From Candidatus Egerieisoma sp. (lineage in GTDB: Bacteria > Bacteroidota > Bacteroidia > Bacteroidales > UBA932), in the NCBI GenBank assembly GCA_045645465.1, contig JAZRIV010000007.1:5114-69113 (forward strand): 64,000 nucleotides of DNA. The letters run 5' to 3'. Below, piece after piece: positions 37,194 through 44,437 of the stretch. A model generated the notes under the pieces. It searched no databases. It was not told the origin of the DNA and saw only the letters and a list, made by a program, of their open reading frames with translations. Each line of letters starts with the position of its first letter. The first letter of the stretch is position 1. The translations under genes were made by a program, and so were the position numbers.

Positions 37194-37877
37194 ATGGATT
37201 TTAGGGAATTTGTTACACGAAAAAAAGAGAATCAAACGCTTAAGGATATGATACTGGAGTTGGATAAATCGCTTCTCTTTAAGCTATATGTGGATTTTAT
37301 ATGGGATGCGTTTAAGTTTTTGGCACTTGTGACTGCTATGAAAGTGTATTTTGACTGTAGGGTAGATCGTGGTATGGGGTGTTTTGATTCTTTGATGTAT
37401 TCAGCATTTATTTTTGTTGTAATCATACTTGCTCTAATAATCCTTGCATATGCAATCTATAGCCTTGTTGTCATTATCGGTTCATGGCTTGATGGGTACT
37501 TTGCAAGCAGACGTTTAAGAAAGAGTACACAGGAGGTAAAACAAATCATTCAGCCAGAACTCCCTCCCATCAACAAAGAGCTTCTTTCCCAATATCTGTC
37601 AGCCAAATTCAAGGGTATGGGTGCGAACGAAAATTATGTGCCCCAGCTGCTGAAAGATTTGGAAATTCTCCAGAAAACTTCCCCTACGGAGGTGCAGCGG
37701 TTTGCAGTTATGCTGTATGAGTCAAAGGTTATGGTAAATAAACCGGCGCAGTTCAATGAGTGGGTGAAGATCTTTTTCAATATTGTTGGAATGGAGCATC
37801 CTAAATATATCTCCAGGAGCAAGCATAAGCCTACTCCGGATATGATTAACCGTTATTATTACATAAATTTACCCTAA
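37194..37877 (+). CDS. Hypothetical membrane protein (two TM helices, soluble C-terminal domain)
   Basis: 227-aa ORF followed by a hairpin (AATAAGC...GCTTATT) and a T-run at ~37931-37965. No recognisable motifs. Confidence 0.5.
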   Translation: MDFREFVTRKKENQTLKDMILELDKSLLFKLYVDFIWDAFKFLALVTAMKVYFDCRVDRGMGCFDSLMYSAFIFVVIILALIILAYAIYSLVVIIGSWLDGYFASRRLRKSTQEVKQIIQPELPPINKELLSQYLSAKFKGMGANENYVPQLLKDLEILQKTSPTEVQRFAVMLYESKVMVNKPAQFNEWVKIFFNIVGMEHPKYISRSKHKPTPDMINRYYYINLP

Positions 37878-38121
37878 GGTAAGTGGAAATACCCCATTTT
37901 AACCCCACCGCTATACCCCATTGATATGTAAATAAGCTGCTGTTCTACAGTGGCTTATTCTTTTTTAATGCCCCATTATTGCAATGAGGTGAATTTCCCG
38001 TGCAATCTTTGCAATGCAACGCAAGCGTTCTGATTGCTGGCAGAATTGCAGCCGTTGCCAATCCCATACACTGGTACACCAGCAAGTGCCGGTGAGGGGA
38101 TAATCTAAAATCAAATGCAAT

Positions 38122-38421
38122 ATGGAATACGATCTAATTCATCTGGCAAAGTAATGTCCTGGGCTTACTGTATCAATCAAACTTACTGATCTTGTAGAAG
38201 CCAACAAAAAACTTATTGAGGAAACAAAAAGAAACCTTCAGCAAACCCTGGAGGATGCCAAGAGTGAGGAATATCTCTCAAGGGAAAAGGTCATTGAGTG
38301 GCTGGAGGTGTCGGCAACCACATTGTGGAGGTGGGAGAAATGCGGATATCTGATTCCTATAGCTGTCGGGAATAAGAAAAAGTACCGCATGTCTGATATT
38401 CAGAAAATCCTGCAGCAATGA
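38122..38421 (+). pseudogene. MerR/excisionase-type HTH gene interrupted by an in-frame TAA (or using a non-canonical internal start)
   Basis: The frame reads MEYDLIHLAK-TAA(38152)-CPGLTV...EYLSREKVIEWLEVSATTLWRWEKCGYLIPIAVGNKKKYRMSDIQKILQQ. The C-terminal part is a typical small HTH of Bacteroides mobile elements. Its stop overlaps the next ATG (ATGA). Confidence 0.45.
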
Positions 38422-38900
38422 AATCCAAGAATGGTAGGCCGTTCTTTATGGTTTATCAGTTTTTTGCTCAGGAACTGGGGTTGCGGGGAGCGGCAAAGGA
38501 GGTATATGCAATCATCTATGGCCGTTATGTGTCATTTGATGGGGTGGCGAAAGTCTCTCTGAGGGAAATGATGCGCCTTACAGGACTTACCAAGCAGAGC
38601 GTCATAAATGCACTTAAGGCCCTGCAGGAGGCAGGACTCATAGAGAAAACCGCCTCTACCAACAAGAAAAGCACCTACAAAATCCAGGGTATAGAGATTA
38701 GTCCCGACGGCAAACCGGTAAAAATTTTAGACCAGTCAAAAATTTTGACCAGTAAGGGGTCAAAAAACTTTACCAGTAGAGGTGAAAAAATTAGACCACA
38801 TATAGATAAAACAGATACTCTTAATAAATACAGTAAAAATGAAAATTCATCAATTAATCTTGAATCTCCAAGCAACTTCAGAGGGAGAACAACTCTGTAA
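38418..38900 (+). CDS. Winged-helix replication-initiator-like protein
   Basis: The wHTH segment is VSLREMMRLTGLTKQSVINALKALQEAGLIEK. The gene contains four iteron-like repeats and is followed by a DnaC/IstB-like ATPase gene. Confidence 0.55.
   Translation: MKSKNGRPFFMVYQFFAQELGLRGAAKEVYAIIYGRYVSFDGVAKVSLREMMRLTGLTKQSVINALKALQEAGLIEKTASTNKKSTYKIQGIEISPDGKPVKILDQSKILTSKGSKNFTSRGEKIRPHIDKTDTLNKYSKNENSSINLESPSNFRGRTTL
38720..38800 (+). repeat. Four 17-bp iteron-like direct repeats (putative replication origin) inside the initiator gene
   Basis: The repeats are aaaaattttagaccagt (38720), caaaaattttgaccagt (38737), caaaaaactttaccagt (38761) and gaaaaaattagaccaca (38784). A very AT-rich stretch follows. 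Confidence 0.55.
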
Positions 38901-39483
38901 ACCGGGTAAATTGCAAGAGAAAAAAGAAAATATTGAATCTGCTCTGCAGATGCTTTATAAAATACAGGTGGAAGCCAGAGGAAGGGAATTTATAGCTGAT
39001 GCCCCAACCCTCGACAAGCTGAATCTCGCTGCAAAATGGCTTGGCTGTAGTCAAAAATTTGGACTAGTGCTTTATGGAAATGTAGGTTCCGGCAAAACCA
39101 TGCTCCTGAACTCTCTTACGCAACTGTTTTTCCGTACTGGCTGCTTTATACCTCACATAATTAGCACTACGGCAGCAGAACTGCAAAGATACTATGTGCA
39201 GGATCAAAGCGCAGAAGGCTTCTACGGAGTAGCTAAAAACTGCAAAATCCTACTGCTTGACGACCTTGGTTGCGAACCAGAGAACTGCATCATATACGGC
39301 ACTTCATACCATCCCATCTCAGAAATAATCTACCACCGTTACCGCAACCAGCTCACCACAATTCTAACCACAAACCTCACCGACAGCGAACTTGCTTCCC
39401 GATATGGTCCCCGCATAATGGACCGCCTTGAAGAGTCATTTGATTTCATTGCCTACACCAACCCCAGCTACAGGAAGAGGTGA
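38839..39483 (+). CDS. DnaC/IstB-like AAA+ ATPase (helicase-loader-like)
   Basis: Walker A is LVLYGNVGSGKT and Walker B is ILLLDDLGCEP. The start is ambiguous between ATG 38839 (overlapping the upstream gene) and ATG 38950. Confidence 0.75.
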   Translation: MKIHQLILNLQATSEGEQLCKPGKLQEKKENIESALQMLYKIQVEARGREFIADAPTLDKLNLAAKWLGCSQKFGLVLYGNVGSGKTMLLNSLTQLFFRTGCFIPHIISTTAAELQRYYVQDQSAEGFYGVAKNCKILLLDDLGCEPENCIIYGTSYHPISEIIYHRYRNQLTTILTTNLTDSELASRYGPRIMDRLEESFDFIAYTNPSYRKR

Positions 39484-39668
39484 AAAAGTATAAAAGTGCT
39501 TAAGTATAAAAGTGCAGAATTAGAAAGGAGCATAAGTGCTTTTGTAAATGGGCGGGAGCGAAGGAAAAGCAAGATGTGTTTTTGTATTACAAAAACGGCT
39601 TAGCGCCCCTTCATGGCGGGGGAATCTGCGCCTGAAAGTCGGTTAATAAAACTCAAAATTCGTTTTAT
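39484..39668 (+). promoter_or_regulatory. Candidate oriT / regulatory region upstream of the MobC-like gene
   Basis: Direct repeats AGTATAAAAGTGC lie at 39487-39499 and 39503-39515. A perfect palindrome GTTTTTGTA-T-TACAAAAAC lies at 39578-39596. The function is inferred from position only. Confidence 0.3.
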
Positions 39669-40049
39669 ATGCTTCCAAAGATGAATAAAACCAAGATGCT
39701 CACACTCAGAATGACTGAGGCTGAGTTTGTGGAATTCAAGTATATTATGAATGAGGCCGGATATAAATCAATGTCCAAATTCATCAGGTATAAAGTATTT
39801 AGAGGAAAAGAGCGGACAGTGCGGACCAAGCTGCATGATGAGAATGTGATTACCGTTCTCAAAGCTCTGATTATGGAGGTTAACAAGGTTGGTGTAAATT
39901 ACAATCAACTGGTAAGAAAATTCAATGCCCAAAAGCCATATGGTCCCGATGATTATAGATATAAACTGATGCACGATCTGCAAGAACTGACAAAAAAGAT
40001 GTTAAGGACTCTTTCGGAGGTGAAGGAGGGGATTGTGGGGAAATCTTGA
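39669..40049 (+). CDS. MobC-family (ribbon-helix-helix) mobilisation relaxosome accessory protein
   Basis: LTLRMTEAEFVEFKYIMNEAGYKSMSKFIRY is the RHH part. VNKVGVNYNQLVRKFN is the family-typical xGxNxNQxxRxxN motif. Confidence 0.7.
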   Translation: MLPKMNKTKMLTLRMTEAEFVEFKYIMNEAGYKSMSKFIRYKVFRGKERTVRTKLHDENVITVLKALIMEVNKVGVNYNQLVRKFNAQKPYGPDDYRYKLMHDLQELTKKMLRTLSEVKEGIVGKS

Positions 40050-40068
40050 TAATTTTGTAAATTTGGCT

Positions 40069-40257
40069 ATGCGAAAATTCAAACCTGTCATACTCCTTTT
40101 CTGCCTGGCTGTTTTAATGTATGGCCTTAGCTATATCCCAACTCTTCATTGGGCCCATGATGGGTTCACACAATCATTATGCAGGGGAATATCTTATTTC
40201 CTTTTGGGATGTGGGATTTTGATGATAATTACTTTATTTGTAAGCATGAGAAAATGA
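40069..40257 (+). CDS. Possible small two-TM membrane protein
   Basis: 62 aa from ATG 40069 (MRKFKPVILLFCLAVLMYGL...). The -7 box TAAATTTG at 40058-40065 lies 3 nt upstream. No homology recognised. Confidence 0.3.
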   Translation: MRKFKPVILLFCLAVLMYGLSYIPTLHWAHDGFTQSLCRGISYFLLGCGILMIITLFVSMRK

Positions 40258-40292
40258 ACTGTAAGCTCAATTAGATTTAAAATATTTTAAGA

Positions 40293-41537
40293 ATGAGTTT
40301 TATAGAAAAAGATACATATGGGATTGAAGATATTCAGTCCTTAATAGAAATTCAGGCAGAAGAAAATACATACTATGAATTTAAGGATGCAAGGGCTATT
40401 GATGATAAGCAGAAGGCTGAAATCTCAAAAGATGTGTCTGCATTTGCAAATGCCGATGGGGGTGTTATTATCTATGGTTTGAATGAAGATAGAAATACCC
40501 ACAAGGCATCATGTTTGAGTTTTGTTAACTCTTCAAGATATTCAAAGGAATGGCTTGAAAATGTTATTCTGTCTAATATACACAGAAAGATTGATGGGCT
40601 TTATCCAACTACTGAAAGTTTTAAAGTATGGGCACAATACTCAGCTTCTGATCTTACAGCGTGGGAAAACGGTAATACATACATGGATGCTGTTACATGT
40701 GTACATGACGCGACTAAAAAAGGCTGGATCCCTAGCGGGGCCCAATATTACTGGCCTAAAAACGGAAAGTTGTCTTTTGCAGCATTTTCGCCTGCATCAA
40801 CGACCAATGTAACATATGATAAAACAGGTGTAACAGTTAAAGATTATATTGTTCCAAGTACAGAAAATCATACCGATCTTTTGTACAGTCACAGAGCATA
40901 CAATAAGACTGCTACTAATCAGGATGATATTCCAGATATTCCTAATTACACAGGAGTTGACATTAACTTCCATCATGCATTGACTTCTGTTATATTCAAA
41001 GTAAAACAGGCTGCAGCATATACAGGCACCACTTTAACATTAAAATCAATACAATTAAACAATGTATATAGCAAAGGTACTTTCAAAGAGAATATAACTG
41101 CTCAAACTGGGGGGACAGATGATGATAAATGTACAAGAGCACCTGGTTGGAGTGATCAAGAACAAGAGGTGATTTATACAGTAATAAGTGATATCTCCCA
41201 AGTTTTAACTACATCAGCTGTTGTTGTATCTGGTGCAAAAGACATGCTTTTGATTGGACAGAAATATAATCATGGAACTAAATACGTAAGCATGACTGTT
41301 ACCTATACTATAAAGAGTCCTACCGGTAGTGAAATTTTACAGAGTAGTACAGTAGAATTCAAAGGCCTTACACACAAGGTTAATGGTACTGATGCAGTAA
41401 GCAGCATTCAAGATGGGTGGTACCCAGGATACGAATATACTTATATAATATCTATTGGATTGAATGGTGAAATTCAATTTGAGCCAATTGTTAGTGAATG
41501 GACTCCTATTTTGGCTGATCCAGAAATTGGATTGTAA
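40293..41537 (+). pseudogene. Chimeric ORF: AlbA_2/Schlafen-type N-terminal fragment fused in frame to a signal-less fimbrillin (FimA/Mfa-like) C-terminal portion
   Basis: The first ~105 aa (YYEFKDARAIDDKQKAEISKDVSAFANADGGVIIYGL) match the AlbA_2 DNA-binding domain. The rest (FKVWAQ..., YYWPKNGKLSFAAFSP, HTDLLYS, INFHHALTSVIFKVK, IQLNNVYSKGTF) matches fimbrillin family proteins lacking their lipoprotein leader. The junction is near 40600-40620. Confidence 0.6.
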
Positions 41538-41624
41538 GAAACAATTGTAGAGAGTATTAAAACTGCAACTGCCACGAGAGGGGAGACCCAATCGTGGCAG
41601 TTTTATTTGAATTGTTAGGGTTGA

Positions 41625-42830
41625 TTACAATCCTAATTTCTTGAGGATATGGGCAGGAACTGCCGCTTTGTTTACAAGGATGTTCATGGTCTTGTAACGT
41701 GCATAAGATTCTGAAACGTAGTTGTGACCGTTGTATTTGCCCTCTTCTCCAAAGGAGTTCTTGACCATATAATATTTTGTACCGTTCTGGTCTTTTGCAA
41801 TACCGTAAATGTGCATTGCATGGTCATCCGTAGTTTCTTTGTTGTCGTAAGCAATCTGGCGCATCTGCTGGTCAATTTTCTTTTCCGGACCAGGGGTGTT
41901 CTTGTTGTATAGCATAGCCTCTTTTTCTGCTCTGCTGGCACCAATCCATCTTGCTTCATCCGAACCGGCAGCAGTCTGGTTGGCGGCAACATCAGGAACA
42001 GTTGAAACCTCGCCCCAACTCTTCTCGCTCATATCGGATGTCCAGCCTACAGTATAGCCGTTCTCTATTGCATAATCCATAATCTCCATCATTTCTTCAA
42101 GAGGAATGTTCCAGTAACGGGTCCATCTCCAGTTGTCGGGAACATCAAGAACCATTGTATGATAGAATGGCTCATGGGTGAATGATGTGAAGAGGATATA
42201 ATCGTCGGGATTAAGATTCAGGGATTCTGCATAGGTTTTTGGTGTGTATTCTTTTCCCTCATAAGTGAATTTTTCCGGGATTTCTCCAAGATATGCATCC
42301 AATACATTATTGAATCCGTTTACCCAAGCGGTTGAAATCTTTCTGTTGGGGTTCTTGGCTACGGCTTCTACAACACCTCTGAGAACCTCTGTAAGTTCCC
42401 ACTGTACATGTTTGGTTGTTCCATAGTTCAAACCGGGCATTACAGAGTTTGGAACAAGACCAAATTCTTTAAATACAGCAAGTACATCGCCCATATCACT
42501 GCCGGCGTCAAACTTGAAATGCCCATCCAGCCTTACATATTTGATTGCCCTGCCGGTATAGGATTTAGAGACTATAAACATCTCTGCAAGGTCCAATGTT
42601 TGAGGGGCTCCTTTTTTAATTGCCTCACTCTCAAGGAAACTAAGTCCTGCATGACACCAGCAGGTACCGGTCTCGTACTGGTCTTTGGTTGATGTTACAG
42701 GGTTTGCCTTAACGGTTGTGAAAACATAACCTTGCGGTTTTTCTTCTGCTTTTTTCTTTTTCTGGGCTGTGCCCGGAACGGAAATACATCCAGCCAAAAG
42801 CAGCAATGCAACAGTTTTTGTAAATTTCAT
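41625..42830 (-). CDS. C1 (papain-fold) family peptidase, aminopeptidase C-like, lipoprotein
   Basis: Signal and lipobox LLLAGC, with the catalytic Cys motif DQYETGTCWCHAG and a downstream HAMHIYG (His). Confidence 0.85.
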   Translation of the reverse strand: MKFTKTVALLLLAGCISVPGTAQKKKKAEEKPQGYVFTTVKANPVTSTKDQYETGTCWCHAGLSFLESEAIKKGAPQTLDLAEMFIVSKSYTGRAIKYVRLDGHFKFDAGSDMGDVLAVFKEFGLVPNSVMPGLNYGTTKHVQWELTEVLRGVVEAVAKNPNRKISTAWVNGFNNVLDAYLGEIPEKFTYEGKEYTPKTYAESLNLNPDDYILFTSFTHEPFYHTMVLDVPDNWRWTRYWNIPLEEMMEIMDYAIENGYTVGWTSDMSEKSWGEVSTVPDVAANQTAAGSDEARWIGASRAEKEAMLYNKNTPGPEKKIDQQMRQIAYDNKETTDDHAMHIYGIAKDQNGTKYYMVKNSFGEEGKYNGHNYVSESYARYKTMNILVNKAAVPAHILKKLGL

Positions 42831-43049
42831 GGTATAGAATATTATATTTTACTATAAGTTTTTCATTTTGAGACAATAAAGCTACAAAACAATCGGCATA
42901 TAGCATAATATATTATAATAAAAAATGCTAAAACTGATAGCAAAAAGCATTTTATGACAGCTATACAGATGATATAAAACCAATACTCACATTCATATCA
43001 CCAAACTTCAACAGCAATGGACCACAAAATATCCTGAATGCGTAGGCAA

Positions 43050-43325
43050 TCACCTCATCAGCTCTTCAATCATACCCGGCAATTCCCTGTTCTGGAAGAT
43101 GCCGGCAAATTTTTCAGCTCCTGCTCCGTATGCAAAGATTGGGACTACGGTTTCGGTATATCCTTTAGTGCTGAAAGTTAGTTTCATCCCCTCCGGTGCA
43201 TTTACCGGATAGCTCTTGTCGCCCACACCTGTTCCGCCGGTATCGTGGTCTGCTATTACCACCAAAAGGGTATTTGGATGTTCATTCACATACGCAACAA
43301 GTGCCTTGAACGCCTTTATTGATAG
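43050..43325 (-). pseudogene. 3' fragment of an alkaline phosphatase gene
   Basis: Only the C-terminal ~90 aa are present: IKAFKALVAYVNEHPNTLLVVIADHDTGG...VVPIFAYGAGAEKFAGIFQN. There is no N-terminal part or start upstream. Confidence 0.6.
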
Positions 43326-43476
43326 ATTTTTGAATTAAGATTTGCTTAATTTCTTCTTTTGTAATATCACCGCAGATCATTTCTGCATTTGGATGCCAAA
43401 ATTCATGAGCTTGGGCTCTAACTGGAAGTAATTCATTAGCTAAGCAGACATCTACATTGCACTTTGACAAATTCAT
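43326..43476 (-). pseudogene. Possible 5' fragment of a DNA (cytosine-5) methyltransferase gene
   Basis: MNLSKCNVDVCLANELLPVRAQAHEFWHPNAEMICGDITKEE resembles the region after motif I of C5-MTases (xxxExdxxAxxtyxxNxpxxxxxxgDI). It breaks off where the phosphatase fragment begins. Weak call. Confidence 0.3.
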
Positions 43477-43625
43477 CTCCGCTATACCCGCAATGGCAAA
43501 AAGTTATAATCCTCGAAATCGTTTCATTACTTAACTAAGTATTCCAAAGTTTTAAAAAATAATCCCAATGATAGCTAAAATTATTTTCATTAATTTTGTT
43601 AAGGATGCAGAAAGTTTTATAAGAT

Positions 43626-43713
43626 ATGTGGTGCAAATGTGGTGCAACCAAAAAGAAAAACCCTCTTAGAGATATCTCTAAGAGGGTTTCAAGTACCCAG
43701 AGCCGGGGTCGAA
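43626..43713. repeat. att junction at the tRNA: tandem ATGTGGTGCAA motifs, terminator hairpin and 21-bp core (part of the tRNA)
   Basis: ATGTGGTGCAA occurs at 43626-43636 and again at 43637-43647. The core GTACCCAGAGCCGGGGTCGAA lies at 43693-43713. Confidence 0.8.
43651..43686 (-). terminator. Rho-independent terminator of tRNA-Leu, supplied by the end of the integrated element
   Basis: Perfect 13-bp arms CCCTCTTAGAGAT/ATCTCTAAGAGGG, followed on the minus strand by TTTTTCTTTT. Confidence 0.7.
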
Positions 43714-43775
43714 CCGGCACGGGTCGCCCCACTGGTGTTTGAGACCAGCGCGTCTACCGATTCCGCCATCTGGGC
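43694..43775 (-). tRNA. tRNA-Leu (anticodon CAA), type II with long variable arm
   Basis: The minus strand reads GCCCAGATGGCGGAATCGGTAGACGCGCTGGTCTCAAACACCAGTGGGGCGACCCGTGCCGGTTCGACCCCGGCTCTGGGTA. The anticodon stem is CTGGT/ACCAG with loop CTCAAAC, and the T-arm is GCCGG-TTCGACC-CCGGC. Confidence 0.85.
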
Positions 43776-43831
43776 TTCTCATTTGTGCTCTTACGAGCAC
43801 CATCAACTTGCGTTATGAACTTTAGAGGGTG

Positions 43832-43839
43832 CAAAAGTA
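43832..43839 (-). promoter_or_regulatory. -7 promoter box (TACTTTTG on the minus strand) upstream of tRNA-Leu
   Basis: Exact TAnnTTTG match 56 nt upstream of the tRNA 5' end. Confidence 0.4.
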
Positions 43840-43975
43840 TGCACATTTATTTAAACTTCCAAATTTTTTTTGCCATAAATGTAAAATTCACAAAAAACTG
43901 CCCTTCTGGAATTCAGTTCCGAGCAGGGCAGCCTTAAATTTATAATTACAGAATCCCGCATACGCAGGAAATTGT

Positions 43976-44383
43976 CTAATAATTGAAAGTAATTGATTTC
44001 TTAATCTCAGGGTGCAAGCTGTTATACACAGGGCAAGATTTTGCTGCAGCCTCAATAACCCTCTTCTGCTGGTCTGTATAGTTATTGTCCTTAGGGAATG
44101 TGATGTCAAGTTTCAACTCAACAACCCTTCTTGGATTGGTTCCCATAATTTTCTCAGTCTCAATTACAGTACCCTCAAGATTGTAACCATATGCAGGGGC
44201 AGAAATACCCATAATTGTAAGCATACAGCTTCCCAAAGAAGTTGCCAACAAATCAGTTGGAGAGAATGCCTCACCCTTACCGTTGTTGTCAAGCGGTGCA
44301 TCTGTAATAATTTTGTTGCCTGATTGCAAGTGCTCAGCCTCGGTTCTAAGATTACCAAGGTAAACGGTTTTCATTTTTGTCAT
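43976..44383 (-). CDS. OsmC family peroxiredoxin-like protein
   Basis: 135 aa with family-typical segments FSPTDLLATSLGSCM and AAAKSCPV. Confidence 0.85.
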   Translation of the reverse strand: MTKMKTVYLGNLRTEAEHLQSGNKIITDAPLDNNGKGEAFSPTDLLATSLGSCMLTIMGISAPAYGYNLEGTVIETEKIMGTNPRRVVELKLDITFPKDNNYTDQQKRVIEAAAKSCPVYNSLHPEIKKSITFNY

Positions 44384-44437
44384 AATCTGTATTTTTTAAG
44401 TGTTTATATTCAGTTTTCTTCCCGACAGCCTCCAGAC

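Larger units (their letters stand above)
32131..43692. mobile_element. ~11.6-kb integrative (formerly mobilisable) element inserted into the 3' end of tRNA-Leu(CAA)
   Basis: Flanked by 21-bp direct repeats of the tRNA 3' end. It carries a tyrosine integrase at one end and is visibly more AT-rich than the flanks. It also has replication (initiator plus DnaC-like) and MobC-like genes, and gene fragments at the tRNA-proximal end. Confidence 0.8.

Noticed and set aside
43786-43800. Small hairpin GTGCTC-ttac-GAGCAC between the predicted tRNA-Leu promoter and the tRNA 5' end.
   Set aside because: It is only 6 bp and lies within a region expected to be removed as the 5' leader by RNase P. That is too little evidence for a regulatory element.
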